Assembly: GCF_963853765.1 (NCBI RefSeq)
Contig: NC_088855.1
Span: 55,490,001-55,554,000 of the forward strand
Origin: Magallana gigas
Taxonomy: Eukaryota
Reading direction: 5' to 3'
DNA: 64,000 bases
Shown here: piece by piece, positions 37,190 through 50,745 of the stretch
Layout: each line of letters begins with the position of its first letter
Numbering within the stretch: the stretch's first letter is position 1
Notes under the pieces: model-generated
What the model was told of the DNA's origin: nothing
The model's database searches: none
The model's input: only the letters and a program-made list of their open reading frames with translations
Program-made: the position numbers and the translations under genes

Positions 37190-38900
37190 AATAAAGACAC
37201 ACAAAACTGTAAAACAAGTGAAATTGAAATCGATGAAAGGGAAAGTATTCAAGTTATCATCATTGACACATTATAATATTTCACTTAGAAAAAATTCACA
37301 GGATCGAAAACATATTTCTTACGAAGAATTTATAATAGAAAATGTTGACATCTTTTTTCCATTTGAAAGTCATTCGGAATGCCAAAGTTTTTCAACATTA
37401 TCATCTGGGTATGTTACAACGCACTTTGAAAAATTACGCACTTTGAAAATTGTTTAAAGTGCGTTAATTTTGGGACCAAGTCAACGCACTTCGTCGATAT
37501 CAACGCACTTTGAAAAAAATTGTTCTGAGTTCAGTCGCAATAATTGATACTTTTGATATACAATAAATGATTGTTTTGTTTGGCTCAATGGGATATATTT
37601 AAAAAGAACCCAATGCATTCTCAGGTACATGTAACCTGATAGACCGTTTATCGATTAGATTTTTTTCTTTTCTCATAAGCATATCTTATGTAGTTTGACA
37701 GTTTACACATAAAGAACAATTCGGGAGATTTTAATTAGCCAAATATGACAAACTGCACCGCATAGAAACTGCATTTTCCCTTCATGGCTGCTTATCTGGG
37801 TACATTGGGCTATGTCAGAAACAAAAATGATTCTTATATATTGAAAATGGAGATCAATATTTAACATATTTCATCTGGCCCCACTTGCATGTGCTCACTT
37901 GTTAAAAAAACATGATGTGAAAAAAAGAATACGTTAGTAATGTTTATTAAAAACCCCCAAAATAATCTTTTAGAAGATCAGTGCGAGAAAAAAATCCACA
38001 TCCAAATGCTTATTTATTCTTAGGTCTATGATAATATATTTTTTTTTATGATGACGTGATTAATTTGATTAGAATTTGAGAAGCAGGATTATGTTGAAAC
38101 ACTTATAGATTCTTTAACAAACCATTGGATAAGTTATTGTTTAGCAAGCTCGTTTTTTCCAATATCACTGAACTTAATTAACAACAAAACATATTTCTTT
38201 TTCCAGTTTAAAACGTTTACCCCAAGTTGGTGAATGCCATATGTTTTGGAAGGAAAAACGAGGGCTAGAGGACCTTCTTACTTTAATCAATTAATAATGT
38301 ACTTGTCATTGACCTGTATCTTTGGTTAACCCCCACCCCGTCCCTATCCCTGTTTTCAAAGACGGTAAATTAGATTAACTGGTGATAAAAAATCATCATA
38401 CTTTCAGTAAGCTAGAAATCCAATTCCAGAATTTGTCTGTACACATTTTTTCAAATTGTGTTAAGTGTTTCGACACCAAGAAATTTTGATATTCCTTCAT
38501 AACGCACTTTAGAAAAAAAATTCCAAAGTGGGTTAACTTGATTTTCAAATTGCTTTAAGTGTATCGACACTAAGAAATGTTGATATTCCTTCACAAGGCA
38601 CTTTGAAAAAAATTCAAAGTGGTTTAATTTGGTCCAAACGCACATTAAATTTTTTTTCAATGTGCGTTGATTTGGTCCTAAATCTAACGCACTTTGAAAA
38701 TAGTTTTCAAATTAAGTGCGTATTTTTTTCAAAGTGCGCGTTGCCACACGTGTATGATGCAATATAAAATTCCCTTAGATATCATATTGTTAGCCGTGTA
38801 TTGAAACCTTATAAGATAGATCGGGCGTTTCAAAGAAGAAATCTTGAAATTTTTCATATTTTGATTAAAAATCGAGAAATTCAGTAAATAGGTGAATCGA
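37190..38900. mobile_element. Nested repeat: host element (same family as 23150-24420) interrupted by a ~1.35-kb long-TIR element at ~37410-38750
   Basis: Flanks 37190-37410 and 38750-38900 align with 23150-23360 and 24272-24420. The insert has inverted AACGCACTTTGAAAA / TTTTCAAAGTGCG subrepeats at both ends. Confidence 0.65.
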
Positions 38901-39075
38901 GGAAATATTGCATGGGACAGAGCACAGTATACCAAGTCATTGGTTTTTCACTTATGCCTTTATGAATCCATATTTGGCAACAAAACATTTGTATTGTAGA
39001 TACCATATCATTGTGTACACGTGACAGGTACTAAATGCCATAGGAGAGACAACAGAAGTCATCTGTAATGACCAG

Positions 39076-39450
39076 AGTTGCGTTCAAGATCGTAGCTGCT
39101 ACTTGGGGATACGTAGTTGAACGGAAAGCTAGCCTAGCCGCTAGGTAGATATTCGTAGCCTGAATATTTTATGCTAAGCATCGAATTCAAGATGGCCACT
39201 TTAGTTACCACTTTGAAACAAACACGAAATATATTTATTTAGTGATATTTTATTCATCATTTAAGTTATAATGAATCTTAACATGTATATTCCACTTGAA
39301 ATTAACAAATTATGTCAATATAATAAGTCTTTAGTTGAATATTTCCAACTTCAAATTTGAGACCTAGCGGCTAACCTAGCTGTCCGTTCAATAGACCTAG
39401 ATATCTACGACCTAGCAGCCAGGCTAGCAGCTACGATCTTGAACGCAGCC
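39076..39450. mobile_element. MITE with 3-bp (CAG) TSD, Harbinger-like
   Basis: TIRs (a)GTTGCGTTCAAGATCGTAGCTGCTA / TAGCAGCTACGATCTTGAACGCAGC(c). CAG lies on both sides. Confidence 0.75.
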
Positions 39451-42228
39451 CAGATATGATTTCGCGAAGATTTTCCTAGGGTGGCATTTTTAGAATTATT
39501 TCCTCGCTACCGGTATTGACAGCGACATTCTGATGCTATTAATTTATGTACAATCTAAATAGATTTCTGTTGATATCGCTAACAGTATTTTGAATTTGTA
39601 ACATGCATGTAATGACAGTTACAAGTAACCTAAGTTGTCCGCTTGTCGTAAAAAAGTAAAAATCTAGATATTAAGTTTCAACATGAAGAAATTATGCAGC
39701 AATGAAGGAGATAAAAATAGTTTTTTTTAAACCAGAATATTAACATTTGTATTCAGTGTATTTTATTAGTTTTTTTTTTTATTAATTCAGGACACGGCAA
39801 AGTAATCGAAAGTTTTCAGTCGGTGAAAACACTGTAATGTGGCATTAAAAATATTCTATCATAGGGAAGAATCGTTCTGGTGAAAGCTTGATGTGAATAA
39901 CAATCTAGACGTATTATTCTAAAGTTGAGGCATCTGCCACATAGCTACGTACTTTGTACTCATTACGGATTAGAGAAAATGGAAAATACATTTGTACATG
40001 TACATTTCTTCGCAAAGAAAATATCAGTCTCAGAAAGAGAAAACAGAAATACTTTTAATGACAATAAATCATTTCTACATCTATTTACATGTACCTGATA
40101 GATTAAAAAGTTCTTTAGCTGGCTATTTAACATGCCCCCTGGAGTCTGGTGTGAATAAGATAGGGGTTAAATGCTGTGGTTGATAGAGCGATGCGAGATA
40201 AACCATATAACTGCGAAACAGCTTAGGGGATTATTGCTAGACAGGGGATTATTGCTAGACAGGACAAAACGTTCTGTCCACAAACAGAAACATTTTCCGC
40301 AATTAAGATATTAGACGGTCATTAAGAAATTTCATATATTATTTTAATTGAACAATCACAGCGCATAATCAATGGCTTAATGAGAAACTTAATTTAAGGT
40401 GTTCTTTTTGCTGAATAACTCAACCTTTATCTGACCCCAACCTGTCCTTTTTGTTTTTTGAGTGTCACAGCATCATTTATTTTTTTTGCTAACAAGTATT
40501 TTTAGTTTTGTGTTAATGTTTTGCCGAGCGTAGAAATTAATACCAAGAAAGGATCAGACGTAGCTAAGACCAACCAAATAAACAGGTTATATAAATTTGA
40601 AACAATGAATAAATTGAATCATTATTCGACTTTTATGGGGAGATCATTACTGCGGGGCACGTGATAAAATTTGAAAGGGACTCGGTCGTCGGATAGTGTA
40701 ATTCTTTTTTCTCTTTTCCAAATGCAAAATGATTAAATTAGGTAATCTTATATGTATACAGTACGTTTTTTATACAGTACGTATACAGTATTTTTTCTGC
40801 CATGCTAAAACGCACGTGTAACTCACCATCTTGGATTCATCTGTTCACGCTATGTTTCTTTTTTTAAATTTTATTATTCAAATTTTATGATACAAACAAA
40901 TTGCCTCAACATTGCTTATATAATAAAAGTTTACTAGGAAAAAACTGCTATGTTTCTTAATACAAGTTTTTTCATGACGAGATCAAGAGTGGAAAAAAAG
41001 AAGAAATGTATTGTACCGAAACGTTCTTGATATTGATACTAATCAAAATTTGATTGGTAGTTTTATCACAAAGACATTGAAAATGTAATATCATCTTTAA
41101 AAATGAGATCACATACAATCATATAGTATACTATATCATCGGTCAGTCGGATTTTGCAATATAAAATAATGCAGACAAACTACATGGTCAGTTACTACGA
41201 ACAACTATTTGGCGAATTAATGTTAGCGAATTGAGGGAAGAAAACATTTATTGTACTTTAAAATTTTAAACTGTTAAGAATGAATTATTTTCGTAAATAG
41301 AGAACATGTAATAAATGTAAGGTGACAGACTTATGTTTCGTCGTCAAGGATACCGGTACGTCACGTTAGCGGCATTACATACCAGTTGTTGTTGTTGTTG
41401 GTATTTATTTCACTGCTCTAGGCACGGAAAATCTTATATAATTAAACAAACAGTACTACTCTGAGACTTCCAAAAGTATACAGACTTATAATTCACTAGT
41501 GAGAGTGCAAGGACGAGGAAAATGAATTGGCCTCCGGGTGTTGTACAGGTACACCAATCTACTCAAAGCATCACTTGCCGAATTCAAGGATTCCCAGCAG
41601 GACATAATGTCATAGTTCCAAAGAGCCAGTATACATGATGATGTCATCTAATATTGAAATAAACAATGATACATAAAATAAAATGAAATCGGGGTCATGT
41701 TTAGCTGCTATGAATATTCTCTGTTTCAGGAAACTATGTTGGGCTTGGAGACAAGAACGATGAGAACAGATACAATTAATGGCGTTACGCTGTGCATATA
41801 CCCTTCAATCTTGAAAATTAGCTGGATTTGATAATACACCGGTTTTGAAAATAAGACACCTATTTCTTGCATTGAAAATTACTCAATAATTTACACGTTT
41901 TAAAAAGAAGCAACTCTGGATAATGGCAAGATTTAAAACTAAAAAGTGTAGGCCTAGTTTTTTTTCTATGTGCAGGATATTGAACATAGTATTCTTTTTA
42001 CGATTTAAAGACATTTAATTGCATATATAATTTTTGCCATAAAAATTGGGCGTTATGAAATTTTTTATCGAATTATGCATTATTGGCAAAAAATTGCTTT
42101 AAATAAGCAAATTTTGCTTTAAAAACGGTGCTTTTTAAGTCTTTAAAGTGATATCCAATGCTTTGAATATAGTTTCCTGTATGTACAAACCCATCGTAAG
42201 TCGATGTTGAAACAAATGTTAAAAAGAT

Positions 42229-42229
<1 letters not shown>

Positions 42230-42280
<51 letters not shown>

Positions 42281-42299
42281 GGGGGGGGGGGGGGGGGGG
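42230..42299. repeat. (TG)n microsatellite followed by poly(G)
   Basis: Direct observation. Confidence 0.95.
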
Positions 42300-42566
42300 T
42301 TATTACCGTTAACATTTCTCTGCCTCTCCCATAACATAAACATTTTATTCTTTATTTGGTTTTCATTCAAATACTCAAAGGGAGAAAACAATGTATACAT
42401 CTTTCAGTTACATGGATATAACCCGAGTTATCCTCCCCCTGTCAACGAATTATCTACAACACGCTCTATTTACAGTGTAAAACACTCTTTTTGTTAAGAT
42501 TATGTCGTTTTATTTAATAAAAAGATGATTACTAGCATCCTCTTGTATCGGTCAATACTGATTATA

Positions 42567-42931
42567 CAGGCACGTAGCATCCTTTTTGAAAGTGTGTGTG
42601 TGTGTGTGTGTGGGGGGGGGGGGAGAGACATCCAAAAAATCTTGACACACAGAAAGAAGGGTTACTTTACAAAATCCTGAAACTCTTTATCCGTGAAGGG
42701 GGGGGGGGGGGGGTGTATACCTTTAACTTCAATTTCACTGTTTATTTCCTTATTTTCGATTCAATTTTTTTTTACATGGTCCCAGATAAGGGGGGGTGGC
42801 AATTCCATGTTAATTGTTAATACTTTTTTTGGTTGTTCATTTTTGGTTGTAAATTTATTAAAAATCTTTGTTGCGCAAAGAAGTAGGGGGGGGGGGGCAG
42901 GTCCCTTTGTCTCCTTGATGCTACGTGCCTG
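42567..42931. mobile_element. MITE with poly-G tracts and 7-bp TSD
   Basis: TIR CAGGCACGTAGCATC / GATGCTACGTGCCTG. GATTATA at 42560-42566 and 42932-42938. Confidence 0.8.
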
Positions 42932-45900
42932 GATTATAAACGGAGTGAGACTATTTCAAGATTCATCCAGAAAAGGTCCACGACTTTCACATGTGTGAGA
43001 AGTCTGAGACACGTGCACTCTTCTTTCCTTAAATTCGTATGCATGTTAATCGACTCAAATAAAATTCCGAAAATTTTAAAAAATAGAGTACAGACTTCGA
43101 ACGTGTATCGTAACGTCAAAATATTGAAGGACTGTATGATATATACATATGTACATAGCTGTAGCTACGGTTCTGAAGACTCTCACAAACAAAATCGTTT
43201 GGCGTGCTTCAGAAATCAACCATTTCACGTTATATTAGAATTTTTATCTTCAAACCAAAAAAAAGTTCCTTCTACCAAAAAAGCTTTCATTCCAAAGTAT
43301 ATTAAAGGTTTATTGTAATTTTTTTTTTTTTTACAAATTGATATTCAATATTACATGTATTGACGAAATGATTGCAAGGAAATTATTCCCTTATAAACAT
43401 GCAAGCCACACAAGTAAAATAAAGAATATCAAGCTCAAATTTAAAGTAAATCCAGCCTCCTGTGACGTCATACATTTTACGTAAACCATGAATTCATTAA
43501 AATTCTTGCAAGTAGATTTGTAATTTCTAAGTTATTATAGGTGCACATCAAAAACTCAAATCAGTGTTTACTTGGAGATATTTTATAAGCGTTTTTCATC
43601 CTTATATTCGACATAATTCAATAATAACAAAGGGAAATAACTCTTTTCTATTTTTCTTTAAGTGATATATCTAAATGCTATAATTTTTCTAATGTAAACA
43701 ATTTTTTCTTTTTTTAAAAATTAATGTTAGTTTTCTGGCATAGTAAGGAATAAAATTTAAATATATAAACAAGTATCCATCCACTTTTATTTAATTTTTA
43801 AACAAGAAAAAGTGTGATTTTCAGATGATAATTTCAGCCTTTGGTTTTTATTACCTTACATCTTAAATAGTATGGATACATATATATTTTATTTATTTTT
43901 TGATGAAATTCAAGTCCAATAAGTTAAAAAAAAGTTCAGTTTTTTAACTTTGAACCCATAATTTTATAGGTACGGAGTTACCTTAAGTAAGAATGTGTTT
44001 GATTGTAATGCTCAGAAGCTTACTTTCACTAATAACACATTGATTAAATAGCCTAATAATTCATCGATTAACACGAAACAACAGATCTGGCAACTTTAAT
44101 TATGGACCATATACTGAAGAAATCACACAGAGTTGAAAAGTTTCACATTATGCAGACTGTGAACATTAATTACCTTTCCAAAAAAAAAAACCCCAAAGAA
44201 AATGCAAGATGGATGTTAAAGTTCAATTTGTTATAGTAATTGATTTAAAGTAGCTGACTTCAAGAATAAAACTGTAATAAGATTATTTCAAAACTAAAAA
44301 CAAATGATTAAAATAGAAAAAGGAATTCATTTAAAACAACTCAAAAAGAAAATAAACATCTAAATTAAACCATACAGTAATCGCAGTGGCTCACTATTAC
44401 GCCCGACATATCCATGACAAAGTGATAGTTAGGTCACATTAACTTACCTTAATTTGTGGCACATTGTTTCTCTGCTCTAATTTTATTCATTTAATGAACA
44501 AAAGGTGAAAGCCAGGCGAAAATGTTCATAAATTTCTTCCTTTTGCATACCAATGTTAAAACAAAGGTAAAATGTCGTTAATTTCAGGTTTACCTCAGGA
44601 AATGTTTAAACAATATACCAAATTAACAACCTAATTAACACACCGTGTACCAAACATTCTACTTCCATCTCGTGTAATAACGGAATAACTAGTAGTCAAA
44701 GTACAAAATGAACACAAGCCTGTGATTATGATCTCAGCAACAACCCCAATATTGATAGAAATCTTAATTTCTACTTATTTGATAATGTTCTGAATCAAAA
44801 AAACGTGTTTGACATTTTGATTTATATTGTGATGAATTCTGATTAATTAACAGGAAGATAATTTACATTTAGATACCACGCGACCCAGGTACGTTATTAT
44901 ATCTATAAAGACAAAGATATAAAACGAGTAAAGATGAATGGCGAGGGGCATGTATTTACTGGTATTCTGACCGTGGATTTTTTGTATTTAATTTCATTGA
45001 TAAATTCATATCCCTTCTTCACAATTAGAACAAAAAAGCGTTTTTAGAGTATTTTAAGTTTATTAGATTCTAATGCATTAACACTCGGGTACCGACAAAA
45101 GTCTACTGGAAAATTATCTCTAGAATTCATCTCCAATGTTTCGTTGTGTTGTAGAAAATAATTCATCCCGTTTCCAACTTACTTGTAACGAAATATTTTC
45201 GTACATGTTGAACCCTATAAAAGTCTCAGCTGATATCGAAGCCTCCATGATCATCTGGGAAGTTTCTTGTCAATAGATAAAAAAAGTATTTGCTGAGATT
45301 GAAAATTATCTTTACAGCATAGGTGACTAAGGTTATCACAAGTTAGGAGTGTTAACTATTTCACAAAGGATAATACGGACCGTTTAGGTTTGACATATCT
45401 CCTCAATCTCAATTTGCTGAGTTTCTATTAAAAATCTGTAAATCTGTAATCGGTTTCAGACATGTATGCATGCAAACAAAATAAGAATTGCACGAAAATA
45501 AATTAACATGGTCTGTCTGTTATAATCTAAGAATCCGGACGTAATTTAGACACTGTTATTTATCAAACGAAAGTGTGCAGCGTTGCAAAAAAGCCTTTTC
45601 CTTTTAATTTGTTTTGTTTTTTTAGCAATTTTCTGCCATGATTTCACAGAAGTTTATTGACATGAACAGCCTTCGAAATCTTGTGCTAGTAAATTCTCAA
45701 TCTTGAAATCGTTTGTATTATATATAATGGTAATAAGCACTTGTCATGGCCTTTCAATATCAAATTGTGATATATATGTGTAACACATACAACCATGAGT
45801 ATTAAGTGAAACTATGTACAGATAAACGCTGTTCTGCCAATCTGTTATGTAACGATGACACAAACAATCAGTGTTAGAAATAAATAACAACAAAACAGCA

Positions 45901-47909
45901 TCGTTTACTCTAATGGCTGGTTCGGTTCATTTAGGACTTTTTCAATGTAGCAAGACACTGTCGATGAATAGTTTTACATTCAATTCAATTTGTTTGTTTT
46001 TGGTTAGTATTTCAATTTTTTTTAATGTCTGATATCTTTGCTCTTTGTCCACATCCGATATTTCAAACTGCATGAATTGGCATTGAAGCACGACCACTGG
46101 AGGTATGTCACATCAAGAGTTGAGTTTTGAAAGAGCCCAAGGTTAAGTTACATGTATTTAGGAAGTTAATTTACCTAGAAAACACACCTTTTTACTAAGA
46201 AGAAGGCTTTCCATCAAATGAAATATCTCAGTGAACAACTGGGGAAACCAAACAAATATGAAAGGTAGAAAGCTCTAATTTTTTCCCCTTATATGTTTTA
46301 TATTGCTTCCCTAATCTTACATGAAACATCTCTTTGCACCAATATTTGTGGAGTTATAATCTAAGCACTCTTAAATTATTTTTGGGTTAAATTTTTTTGT
46401 AAAATACCATGAACAAACGATTGTCATACTTACAATGTTTCTATTTAATTCCACATACGTTTTATTTTTTTTTTAATTTTAAATTATTTTGTATTACTTT
46501 TCTAGACTTTAAATTTTGTGTTTCAAGCTTTCAATGTTAATGTGTAAGACTGTTTTCATAGTATATTATGCCGTAACGTGTTTTTATGCAAAACATATTT
46601 TAAAGGACCATAGTAGTATTTTCATGTGATTTTTAAAACTATAACTATTCCATTTTTTATTTACATTGCTTAACAATTTTTTCAATGCTAAAATAATGAA
46701 TGGATTCTTCGTATACTCTCATCGTAAAGATTACAGGCACAAAATAAAAGCATAGAGATAATATGTAAACCATATTCCTTGAAATTCGATTGATATTTGA
46801 GTAAAATTACGACATTTGTAAGATTTAAAAAGTTTTCCATTTAAAGACCCCCACTCCCCACACCTGTTTTTGCCTTACAATTTTGATTATCTACTGGCAT
46901 AAGAAATGGATTCTCGTTATTCAGTTGCAGTCTTTTGAAAACAAGATCGGGAATTCCTTCTTGATGACACTATAAGTTATTTATTTGAAATGCTCTCATT
47001 TTAACATTTTTTAAATATCATTTTTAAACACTCTAAAGATTGAAGATAAAAGAAACGTTAAAAAGTAATTAAAAACATCAACCTTTCACATATCATAAAA
47101 TGCTGATAAAAACAACGGAGGATTCTGTTATATTTATGAACCAAGCATGTCTATAAATCACACTTAGATCCAGATAGGAAACACAGCAGCTAGTAGTAGT
47201 GTGCTTACATTCATCTGAAGCCGGATTCATACCAAGATTGGGTATGCAGTTGGGGGGTTGGGTTGGTGCTGATGGGGCCCTAGCGCACAGTTTCTAGTCA
47301 TAATGACAGTCGATGACCATATGCTAATTGTGTGATGATTGTAACAGGTCTTCTCGATTGTTAACTAATGTAAATATATTTCATTTCAAGTATGACTGTA
47401 ATTTGATGTATGTGGACTTTAATTAAGAGAACGTTGTCTTATTTTTTTGTCAAGCAAAATGTGCATTGAAATTCATGTTCATATTTTTTATTATTGAGAT
47501 ATACATATCTCATTGTACGTTTTACATCTATTCTAACAGTCGGGTGCTTACAGCTTCAAATTACCATTTTTCCTCATTCAAACATTAACATGGCTTTGAG
47601 ACTCTCGTTTTGATAGACCAGGACAATACATAAGAAGCTGCAGACCTTTTTTTATCATTTAAGTCAAGGACAAGGACAAATCTTCCAGAATTGAAGAAAG
47701 CCACGAAGCAACGGAATGTTTTTTAACACGTCAGGTTGAAATTGATTTAGGGATGACGAATAAAGCACTCACGATTTTAGTAACTTAGTGTTTTCATTAT
47801 TAATCAACATTAAAATAACATCTAAAAGTGCATTTCTGACATACAAAATAGGTATATTGCTGAGTTATGCAACAATAATGGATTAACAAAAAAATTAAAG
47901 CGATAACAA

Positions 47910-48554
47910 CTACTCTTTAAACATCCGTCTTAATTTGCTGATGTAGTCTTTGAAGGTTTCAAATGCCCTGTATGCTGTCAGGCAATATTGCGCCACTATT
48001 CCTATGCACAATAAAAGTCCATTTGCGTTCATTGCCTGATAAGAGTAAGAACATCCACGGAGTGTCCAGGACACAAAACTGTCACAGTTATTATGAAACA
48101 CCGAATATTGTCTCTCCCCAAGACGTTTTCCCGCCCTACTAACGGCTTCGGACTTTTCCCTCGGTGTCTTTGGATAATTCTCGCCCATCACTAGATACAC
48201 CCCGCCATTAAAATCCAAAACCTCGTCAATGTCTGCAAAGTCTACAGATTCTTGAATAATCTCGGCGACTCCTTTTAACATAATGATCCGCGATATCGCT
48301 TTAAGCGCGTAATGGATGATGGTGAGTTTGTTTTCAGCGGCTTCGGTCACTAGAATGTGATGGTCATAGCTGTAATTAAACGTCCACCACAGAATTCTGA
48401 GAGCACGGGGTCTGTGGGCACGAATGTGAGACGCAGTGCCTATCTTCCCGCTCCGAATCGACTGTATTAAATGCTGCAAATCATTGACACGTTCTTCAGA
48501 GTAATTTTCCACCGTATGAATTCCTTTTGCTAATTTTTCACAATCGCAAGACAT
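47910..48554 (-). CDS. Intronless LRAT/PLAAT-like (permuted NlpC/P60) protein, paralog A, 214 aa
   Basis: YDHHILV...TIIHYA...YSVFHNNCDSFVSW supplies the His, His and Cys catalytic positions of the LRAT fold. Hydrophobic C-terminal segment GLLLCIGIVAQYCL. TATA and GC boxes upstream. Confidence 0.85.
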   Translation of the reverse strand: MSCDCEKLAKGIHTVENYSEERVNDLQHLIQSIRSGKIGTASHIRAHRPRALRILWWTFNYSYDHHILVTEAAENKLTIIHYALKAISRIIMLKGVAEIIQESVDFADIDEVLDFNGGVYLVMGENYPKTPREKSEAVSRAGKRLGERQYSVFHNNCDSFVSWTLRGCSYSYQAMNANGLLLCIGIVAQYCLTAYRAFETFKDYISKLRRMFKE

Positions 48555-48628
48555 TATTTGTGACTATTTACATAGTTGTTGGTATATTTCTGCACAAAAT
48601 ATAATAGCTCAATCCTAAAAACAGAGCG

Positions 48629-48656
48629 TTTATATACCCACTGTAAGTCCCGCCCC
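48629..48656 (-). promoter_or_regulatory. TATA box (TATATAAA) and GC box (GGGGCGGGAC) of LRAT-like paralog A
   Basis: Motifs at 48629-48636 and 48647-48656. The arrangement is mirrored in paralog B. Confidence 0.6.
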
Positions 48657-49618
48657 ATTTAGGAAGAGGAAAACAATTTCCGTGCTAAGATTGACGCTGT
48701 TTACGTAAAATCCAAGAGCGCAATACATTTAAGTGCATATACACTGCCTGGTTCCAAAGTTTCAATAAAATTTTAAATTGTAATAGCCACCGACTTCTTT
48801 TTTAATTCAATAAACAATGGGAAAACGACAATAATATATATTATACATCAGGAACAACGTCTTCACACTGTATCATAGTCACTAGTATTGACGACAGTTT
48901 TGTTTGTATACTAGGGCAATCTGTGTTAAACTTTAAAACATCATAAGGAGATGAGCAAATCTTCAACGTTTCTTTTGTGTGAAATTGTGTGTTTTGTGTT
49001 AATCAATAGCACAAGTTTTAAACTATAAAACATTTTTTTAATCAAAGGGTAAACACTTTTGGGTAGAGGGTAAGCAGCTGCACGTTCTTTGGAATTTGTT
49101 GCTTTTTTGGTGTAAAGTTGCTTAGGTTTTATCTATATCGTGATAAAAATTCGATGTATGCGCTCGTTAACTCTTTGTAAATATCAATGGTGTAGTTTGC
49201 AATCGTTTATTGGAGTACAATGTATTTGTGTTGGAACCATGTGCATCGTTGCTTTGGTTTTATCATTCTATATGTAAGATATTCTGATAAAAAAATTCAA
49301 ATTGTTGTCAATTTAAGCATGATTTATTTTATTCTTGCCTGTATAATTTCAGTTGAGCACAAAGCATTGCGTAATGCGTTGAAGAAGGCGTATTTTTTCT
49401 AAACGTTCGCGGCTGGTAAAGGACTATAGATCATTATCTTGAAAAAAAGTAACTATAATTGTACCCGTGTCATGTTTATGTTGCAGTTTGTTTTTACGGG
49501 CGCCGATCATACGCATCAATATCACTTCAGAGTGCGTTTTATCCTCGAGGAAATGCGTCTTTGTTTTGTGCAGATGTTTGAATGATTCTAGGCTAAATGG
49601 TTAATGCTTAATAAGAAT

Positions 49619-50745
49619 GTGTGAAAATTAGCGACATCAATCAACCAGACTTGTAAGGGATTTATTAGGACCCGACACTCCAAACCACAAAGATAGTGTA
49701 ATGTTTTGCAAAAAAGCAAATTGCAATTTAAAATATGCAAGTATGAAAATTAGCGACATCAATCAACCAGACTTGTAAGGGATTTATTAGGACCCTGTGT
49801 GAAAATTAGCGACATTTTTTATAACAAGACGACATCAATCAACCAAACTTGTTGTAAATTTATTAAGACCCGACACTCTAGACCACATTATGAGTACACG
49901 TTATACACTGATATTGTTATTATGGATGCATAGAGTGTTTCGGCGGTTTTTGTAAGAGTTATGGTTTTAACTCTTAAGGCCCGCCTCATCAGGGGTCTAC
50001 CTATTATGATTTTCTCATTATTGTAATCGTGATTGAATTATCATTTCGCCGATATTCTTGTGTTTACTGTAGGCGATTATAGGTTCATTGGTAAAAAGTT
50101 CTTTGCATATTTCATCATTTTTAAGGACATTCCAGTATTTCAGGATGCGCTTTTTGAGACCCTTCAAGTGTGGGTTGTACTTGGTTATCATGACATTTGG
50201 TTGTCGTTGTTTGCATTTTATATCTGTTTTCACCAAGTACTTCTTTCTATTTGTGTTTTCCATTGTACGTACAATGGGATCTATTTCCTTATCAGAGTAA
50301 CCTCTCTTTGATAGGTGTGTCTTGAAATCCGTTAGAATTGTAGATAGAATGCAAGGATTACTGGTATTCCTTGTATGTCTGATGCATTCGCCTTTTATGA
50401 ACCCTTTAAAGACAGAAGGACTATGGGTGCTTTTTCTGTGTAGATATTGAAAATTGTTTGTTGGTTTTATATATGATTTAATATCAAGTATGTTATTTTC
50501 CTGAAACCTCACGCCTTTGTATATAGTAGTGTCCAGAAAATTGACACTTTTTTCTGAGATTTCATACGTGAATTTCAGGTGTTCGTGACATGTATTGCCG
50601 ATGTCTAAAAATTCTAAAATTTCATTTTGTGTGCCGTCAAAGGCTATAAAACCATCGTCTCTAAATCGCCCGTGGTAAAGAACTTGATTGGCGAATTTGA
50701 ATTTTGACATTATATAGTTGGTGATTTGATACATTCTTGTATCTG
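49619..50745 (-). mobile_element. 5'-truncated Penelope-like retroelement: RT C-terminal part plus 3' pLTR-like repeats
   Basis: ORF 50018-50734 reads GRFRDDGF...VNFLDTTIYK...KPTNNFQYLHRKSTHS..VFKGFIKGE.IR..RN. No GIY-YIG nuclease is seen. Downstream lie a hammerhead motif and 3-4 partial ~60-bp direct repeats (49619-49880). Confidence 0.85.
49866..49998 (-). ncRNA. Type I hammerhead ribozyme
   Basis: Minus strand: stem I AGACCC; CUGAUGA; stem II GGCGG...CCGCC; GAAA; stem III ACACUCUA...UAGAGUGU; C (GUC triplet, cleavage 3' of 49872); stem I' GGGUCU. Confidence 0.85.

Noticed and set aside
41500-41800. Possible exons of an unannotated gene or lncRNA (donor ~41548, acceptor ~41730)
   Set aside because: Isolated splice-like signals with no consistent frame or homology. 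Not supportable without RNA data.
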